Assembly: GCF_001457595.1 (NCBI RefSeq)
Contig: NZ_LN831039.1
Location: 4,710,001 to 4,742,000 of the forward strand
Direction: 5' to 3'
Length of the DNA stretch: 32,000 bases
DNA from: Mycolicibacterium smegmatis
Lineage (GTDB): Bacteria > Actinomycetota > Actinomycetes > Mycobacteriales > Mycobacteriaceae
Made by a program: the position numbers and the translations under genes. Of this stretch, positions 28,350 to 32,000 are shown in pieces; the stretch's first letter is position 1, and each line of letters opens with the position of its first letter. The notes beneath the pieces were generated by a model, which was not told where the DNA came from, did no database searches, and worked only from the letters and a program-made list of their open reading frames with translations.

Positions 28350-29353
28350 CCACGCTCGGCGTAATCGGGTTGGGCCGCATAGGCGCCTTCCACGTCGACA
28401 CCCTCAGCAGCCTCGACGGCGTCGACGGCCTCGTGGTGGCCGACGAGCGGCCTGACGCGGTTGCCGCGGTCGCCGCCAAACACGGTGCGAAGCCCGCTGA
28501 TTCGGTCGAGGAACTGCTCGATTCCGGTGTCGACGGCGTCGTCGTCGCGGCCGCGACCCCCGCCCACGCGGAACTGACACTGGCCGCCGTGCACCGGGGC
28601 CTGCCGACGTTCTGCGAGAAGCCGATCGCCGCGACCGCCGCCGAGAGCGCGCGCGTGGCCGAGGCGATCGCGCGCTCGGGGGTGCCCGTCCAGGTCGGCT
28701 ATCAGCGCCGGTTCGACGCCGCGTTCGCCGCGGCCAAGCGCGAGGTCGACTCCGGATCGCTGGGGGCGCTGCACACCGTGCGCAGCACCACCATGGATCC
28801 CGCTCCCCCGTCGATGGACTACATCAAAGGCTCGGGCGGCATCTTCCGCGATTGCGCCGTGCACGATTTCGACGCGCTGCGCTGGATCACCGGGCAGAAC
28901 GCGGTCGAGGTGTACGCCACCGGCACCGTGCAGGGCGACCCCCGCTTCACCGAGTACGGCGACGTCGACACGGCTGCGGTGGTGGTGCGGTTCGACGGCG
29001 GCGCGCTCGGCATCGTCTCGGCGGCCCGCTACAACGCGCGCGGGTACGACTGCCGTCTGGAGGTGCACGGGTTCGACAACTCGATCGTCGCCGGCTGGGA
29101 TCAGGGCACGCCGCTGCAGAACATGGACCCGCGCAACGACTTTCCCACCGGGCCCTACCACCACTTCTTCATGGACCGGTTCACCGAGGCGTTCCGCAGC
29201 GAGCTGGCCGGGTTCGTCGAGGTGGTCAAGGGCAACCCGATCCCCGGAGCCACCGTGGCCGATGCGGTCGAGGTGGCCTGGATGGCCGAGGCGGCCACCG
29301 AATCACTGCGCCGAGGCGCACCCGTGCGGATCGAGGAGGTCCGGAACTCATGA
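28346..29353 (+). CDS. Gfo/Idh/MocA oxidoreductase, inositol 2-dehydrogenase (IolG)-like
   Basis: 335 aa with LGVIGLGRIGAFH (Rossmann), EKP, and GGIFRDCAVHDFD, the IolG-type catalytic D/H motif. ATGA overlap with the PhyH stop (28346-28349). Confidence 0.85.
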   Translation: MTTLGVIGLGRIGAFHVDTLSSLDGVDGLVVADERPDAVAAVAAKHGAKPADSVEELLDSGVDGVVVAAATPAHAELTLAAVHRGLPTFCEKPIAATAAESARVAEAIARSGVPVQVGYQRRFDAAFAAAKREVDSGSLGALHTVRSTTMDPAPPSMDYIKGSGGIFRDCAVHDFDALRWITGQNAVEVYATGTVQGDPRFTEYGDVDTAAVVVRFDGGALGIVSAARYNARGYDCRLEVHGFDNSIVAGWDQGTPLQNMDPRNDFPTGPYHHFFMDRFTEAFRSELAGFVEVVKGNPIPGATVADAVEVAWMAEAATESLRRGAPVRIEEVRNS

Positions 29354-30219
29354 CCGATCTGAAGATCGCCGGCGCACCGATCTCGTGGGGCGTGTGCGAG
29401 GTCCCCGGTTGGGGTCACCAACTGGACCGCGCGCGTGTGCTGTCCGAGATGCGCACCGCGGGCCTGACCGCGACCGAACTGGGGCCCGACGGCTTCCTGC
29501 CATCCGACACCGGTGAGCTGACGGCCCTGCTGGGCGCACACGACCTGTCGTGCGTCGGCGGGTTCGTGCCCGTGGTCCTGCACGACGCCGGGCACGACCC
29601 GGCCGACGACCTGGCCGGACCGCTGGCGTCGTTACGCGCCGCGAACGCCGGTGTGGTGGTGCTGGCCGCGGCCACCGGCGCCGACGGCTACGACTCCCGA
29701 CCGACGCTGAGCGAAAGGCAGTGGGCCACGCTGCTGTCCAATCTGGACCGCCTGGCGCGGATCGCCGACGAGGCCGGACTGCTGGCCGTGCTGCACCCGC
29801 ATGTGGGCACCATGGTGGAGACCCGTGAGGATGTGGACCGAGTGCTCAACGGATCGCAGATCCCGCTGTGCCTGGACACCGGGCACCTGCTGATCGGCGG
29901 CACCGACCCGCTCGAACTCGCCAAGGCGGTACCGCACCGCATCAAGCACGCCCACCTCAAGGATGTGAACGCCGCGCTCGCGGCGCGCGTGCGCGCCGGC
30001 GAGGTGAGCTACACCGACGCGGTGCGGGCCGGGATCTACACGCCGCTGGGCACCGGGGACATCGACATCTCCGGCATCGTCTCGGTGCTGCGCGACAACG
30101 GTTTCGACGGCTGGTTCGTGATGGAGCAGGACACGATCCTCGATACCGAACCCACCGACGAGGGTCCGCTGCGCGACGTCCGCACGAGCGTCGCCTACCT
30201 CGGTACGCTGACGGCATGA
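29350..30219 (+). CDS. xylose-isomerase-like TIM-barrel protein, inosose dehydratase (IolE)-like
   Basis: In-frame ATG 29350 within ORF 28852..30219, with an ATGA overlap at 29350-29353. 289 aa. KIAGAPISWGV... and ...LGTGDIDISGIVSVLRDNGFDGWFVMEQD resemble IolE termini. Confidence 0.8.
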   Translation: MTDLKIAGAPISWGVCEVPGWGHQLDRARVLSEMRTAGLTATELGPDGFLPSDTGELTALLGAHDLSCVGGFVPVVLHDAGHDPADDLAGPLASLRAANAGVVVLAAATGADGYDSRPTLSERQWATLLSNLDRLARIADEAGLLAVLHPHVGTMVETREDVDRVLNGSQIPLCLDTGHLLIGGTDPLELAKAVPHRIKHAHLKDVNAALAARVRAGEVSYTDAVRAGIYTPLGTGDIDISGIVSVLRDNGFDGWFVMEQDTILDTEPTDEGPLRDVRTSVAYLGTLTA

Positions 30220-31208
30220 CCGGACTTCGCATCGGGATCCTCGGCGCGTCCCGCATCGCCGAGAAGGCCATCGTGGGACCGGCCGAGGATCTCGGACACC
30301 GACTGGTGGCCGTCGCCGCGCGGGACCGGCGCCGCGCCGAGGCGTTCGCCGAGAAGTACGGGGTCCAACGCGTACTGGACTCCTACCGCGATGTGGTCGA
30401 GGACCCTGACGTCGACATGGTCTACAACCCGCTGGCCAACGGACTGCATGCGCCGTGGAACCTCGCGGCGATCGCGGCAGGAAAGCCGGTGCTGAGCGAG
30501 AAACCGTTCGCGCGCAACGAGTCCGAGGCCGCCACGGTCGCACGGGCGGCCCGCGACGCCGGGGTGCCGGTGCTGGAAGGCTTCCACTACCACTTCCACC
30601 CGGTGACGCAGCGCGCGTTCGCCGTTGCCGCAGGCGGCGAGCTGGGCGAGATCACGCGCGTCGAGGTGCGGATGGCGATGCCCTCCCCCGCCGACGACGA
30701 CCCGCGGTGGTCGCTGGACCTCGCAGGCGGTGCGGTCATGGATCTTGGCTGCTACGGCATTCACGTCATGCGTGCGCTGGGCGCCATGCGCGTCGACGGT
30801 CTCGGCGGCGAGCCCAAGGTACTGGGCGCGCGGGCCGAGGAACGCACGCCGGGTGTGGACGCCTGGTGCGAGGTCGACTTCGTCTTCCCCGAGGGCGGCA
30901 CCGGTGTCAGCACCAATTCGATGGTGGCCGACGACTACTCGTTCACCATCACGATCACCGGTAGCGACGGCGAGGCCGTGGTGCACGACTTCATCCGGCC
31001 GAATCTCGACGATCGCCTCACGGTGATGACCGGATCCGGTGTCCGCGTCGAGCATTTGGGCACGCGGCCGTCGTACACCTACCAACTGGAGGCGTTCGCC
31101 GCGCACGTGCGCGACGGCGCACCGCTGCCGTTCGGTGTCGACGACGCCGTGACCAACATGGCGTTCGTCGACAAGGCGTACCGGGCGGCGGGGTTGGCGC
31201 CGCGATGA
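30216..31208 (+). CDS. Gfo/Idh/MocA-family oxidoreductase (second copy)
   Basis: In-frame ATG 30216 (ATGA overlap at 30216-30219), 330 aa. LRIGILGASRIA Rossmann motif and SEKP motif. Confidence 0.85.
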   Translation: MTGLRIGILGASRIAEKAIVGPAEDLGHRLVAVAARDRRRAEAFAEKYGVQRVLDSYRDVVEDPDVDMVYNPLANGLHAPWNLAAIAAGKPVLSEKPFARNESEAATVARAARDAGVPVLEGFHYHFHPVTQRAFAVAAGGELGEITRVEVRMAMPSPADDDPRWSLDLAGGAVMDLGCYGIHVMRALGAMRVDGLGGEPKVLGARAEERTPGVDAWCEVDFVFPEGGTGVSTNSMVADDYSFTITITGSDGEAVVHDFIRPNLDDRLTVMTGSGVRVEHLGTRPSYTYQLEAFAAHVRDGAPLPFGVDDAVTNMAFVDKAYRAAGLAPR

Positions 31209-31981
31209 GCTTCGATTTGGCGGTGTGCGCCGAGATGGTGTTCACCGATCTCGACATCGTCGAACGCGTGCGCCGTATCTCGGATCTGGGCTTCGCCGTG
31301 GAGATCTGGAGCTTCGCCGACAAGGACACCGATGCCCTCGCCGCCACGGGAGCGAAGTTCTCGTCGATGACGGGATACCTGCACGGCGATCTCTACGACC
31401 CCGACGGTGCGCGCGAGGTGGTGCGCACCGCCCAGGGGGCCGTGAAAGCCGCTGAGGTGCTTGGTGTTCCGCGACTCGTCGTGCATCCCGGCGAACTGGT
31501 GAACGGGCAGGCCGCCCGGCCCCGGCAGCGTGTGACCGGCGACATGTGGCTCGCGGCGCTGCGGGGCCTGGAGGCGCTGGGTGAACTGGGTGCCGACGCC
31601 GGTGTGACGTTCTGCCTGGAGAACCTCAACACGATCGTCGACCACCCCGGCGTGCCGCTGGCCCGCGCCAAGGACACGCTGGCCCTCATCGAAGGTGTCG
31701 GGCATCCGAACGTCAAGATGATGCTGGACCTCTACCACGCCCAGATCGGTGAGGGGAACCTCGTCGAGCTGGTGCGCCGCGCGGGCCCGGCGATCGGTGA
31801 GATCCAGGTGGCCGACGTTCCGGGACGCTGCGAACCCGGCACGGGCGAGATCCACTACCCCGCCATCGCGAAGGCGTTGCGCGACAGCGGATACCGCGGC
31901 ACCGTGGGGATGGAGGCCTACGCCAGTGGCGACAGCGTCGCGGCGTTGGAGGCGTTCCGGGCAGCCTTCACACTGCCGTAG
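31205..31981 (+). CDS. hydroxypyruvate isomerase (Hyi)-family TIM-barrel protein
   Basis: 258 aa with an ATGA overlap at 31205-31208. LDLYHAQIGEGNL...IGEIQVADVPGRCEPGTGEIHYPAI...GYRGTVGMEAY parallels the E. coli Hyi C-terminal half. Confidence 0.85.
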   Translation: MSFDLAVCAEMVFTDLDIVERVRRISDLGFAVEIWSFADKDTDALAATGAKFSSMTGYLHGDLYDPDGAREVVRTAQGAVKAAEVLGVPRLVVHPGELVNGQAARPRQRVTGDMWLAALRGLEALGELGADAGVTFCLENLNTIVDHPGVPLARAKDTLALIEGVGHPNVKMMLDLYHAQIGEGNLVELVRRAGPAIGEIQVADVPGRCEPGTGEIHYPAIAKALRDSGYRGTVGMEAYASGDSVAALEAFRAAFTLP

Positions 31982-32000
31982 GGATCAGTAGCGGGCGTCG

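Noticed and set aside
31986-32000. TGA on the minus strand (31986-31988) preceded by ...D-A-R-Y, possibly the 3' end of a convergent gene.
   Set aside because: Only four codons lie inside the window. No evidence is possible.

Overview
High-GC actinobacterial chromosome segment. Gene order and protein sequences match the mycobacterial core block equivalent to M. tuberculosis Rv2441c-Rv2455c, and look closest to the Mycolicibacterium smegmatis group (recalled from memory, not searched). On the minus strand: rpmA, rplU, rne, ndk, a DUF4233 membrane protein, folC, valS, a DUF937 protein, an Rv2449c-like saccharopine-dehydrogenase-fold protein, an S9 peptidase, two tandem rpf genes, mobA, korB and korA. 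Two accessory modules interrupt this core. (1) 13.4-19.0 kb holds an apparent methylated-amine/nitrogen-scavenging island: an AMT1-type ammonium/methylammonium transporter translationally coupled to a 72-aa membrane protein (no GlnK), convergent with a tightly coupled three-gene heme-dependent oxidative N-demethylase / dimethylamine-monooxygenase-like operon (DmmA-like, PDR-type reductase, DUF3445 heme subunit) that lacks the usual THF-binding fourth subunit, plus a divergent leaderless FAD monooxygenase. (2) 25.1-32.0 kb holds a LacI-PfkB pair divergent from a five-gene operon joined by four ATGA overlaps (PhyH-type Fe/2OG dioxygenase, IolG-like, IolE-like, second Gfo/Idh/MocA, Hyi-like TIM barrel). 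It does not match the canonical iol pathway. Other points of note: the rne frame is broken at a C5 run between its conserved N-terminus and its body. A ~1.07-kb non-coding, AT-richer region lies upstream of the second rpf gene and carries clustered CRP-like boxes, 11-bp-phased direct repeats and an anti-SD element. Three genes have leaderless-type promoters. The korAB upstream region is rich in repeats and palindromes. No tRNA, rRNA, CRISPR or mobile element was seen.
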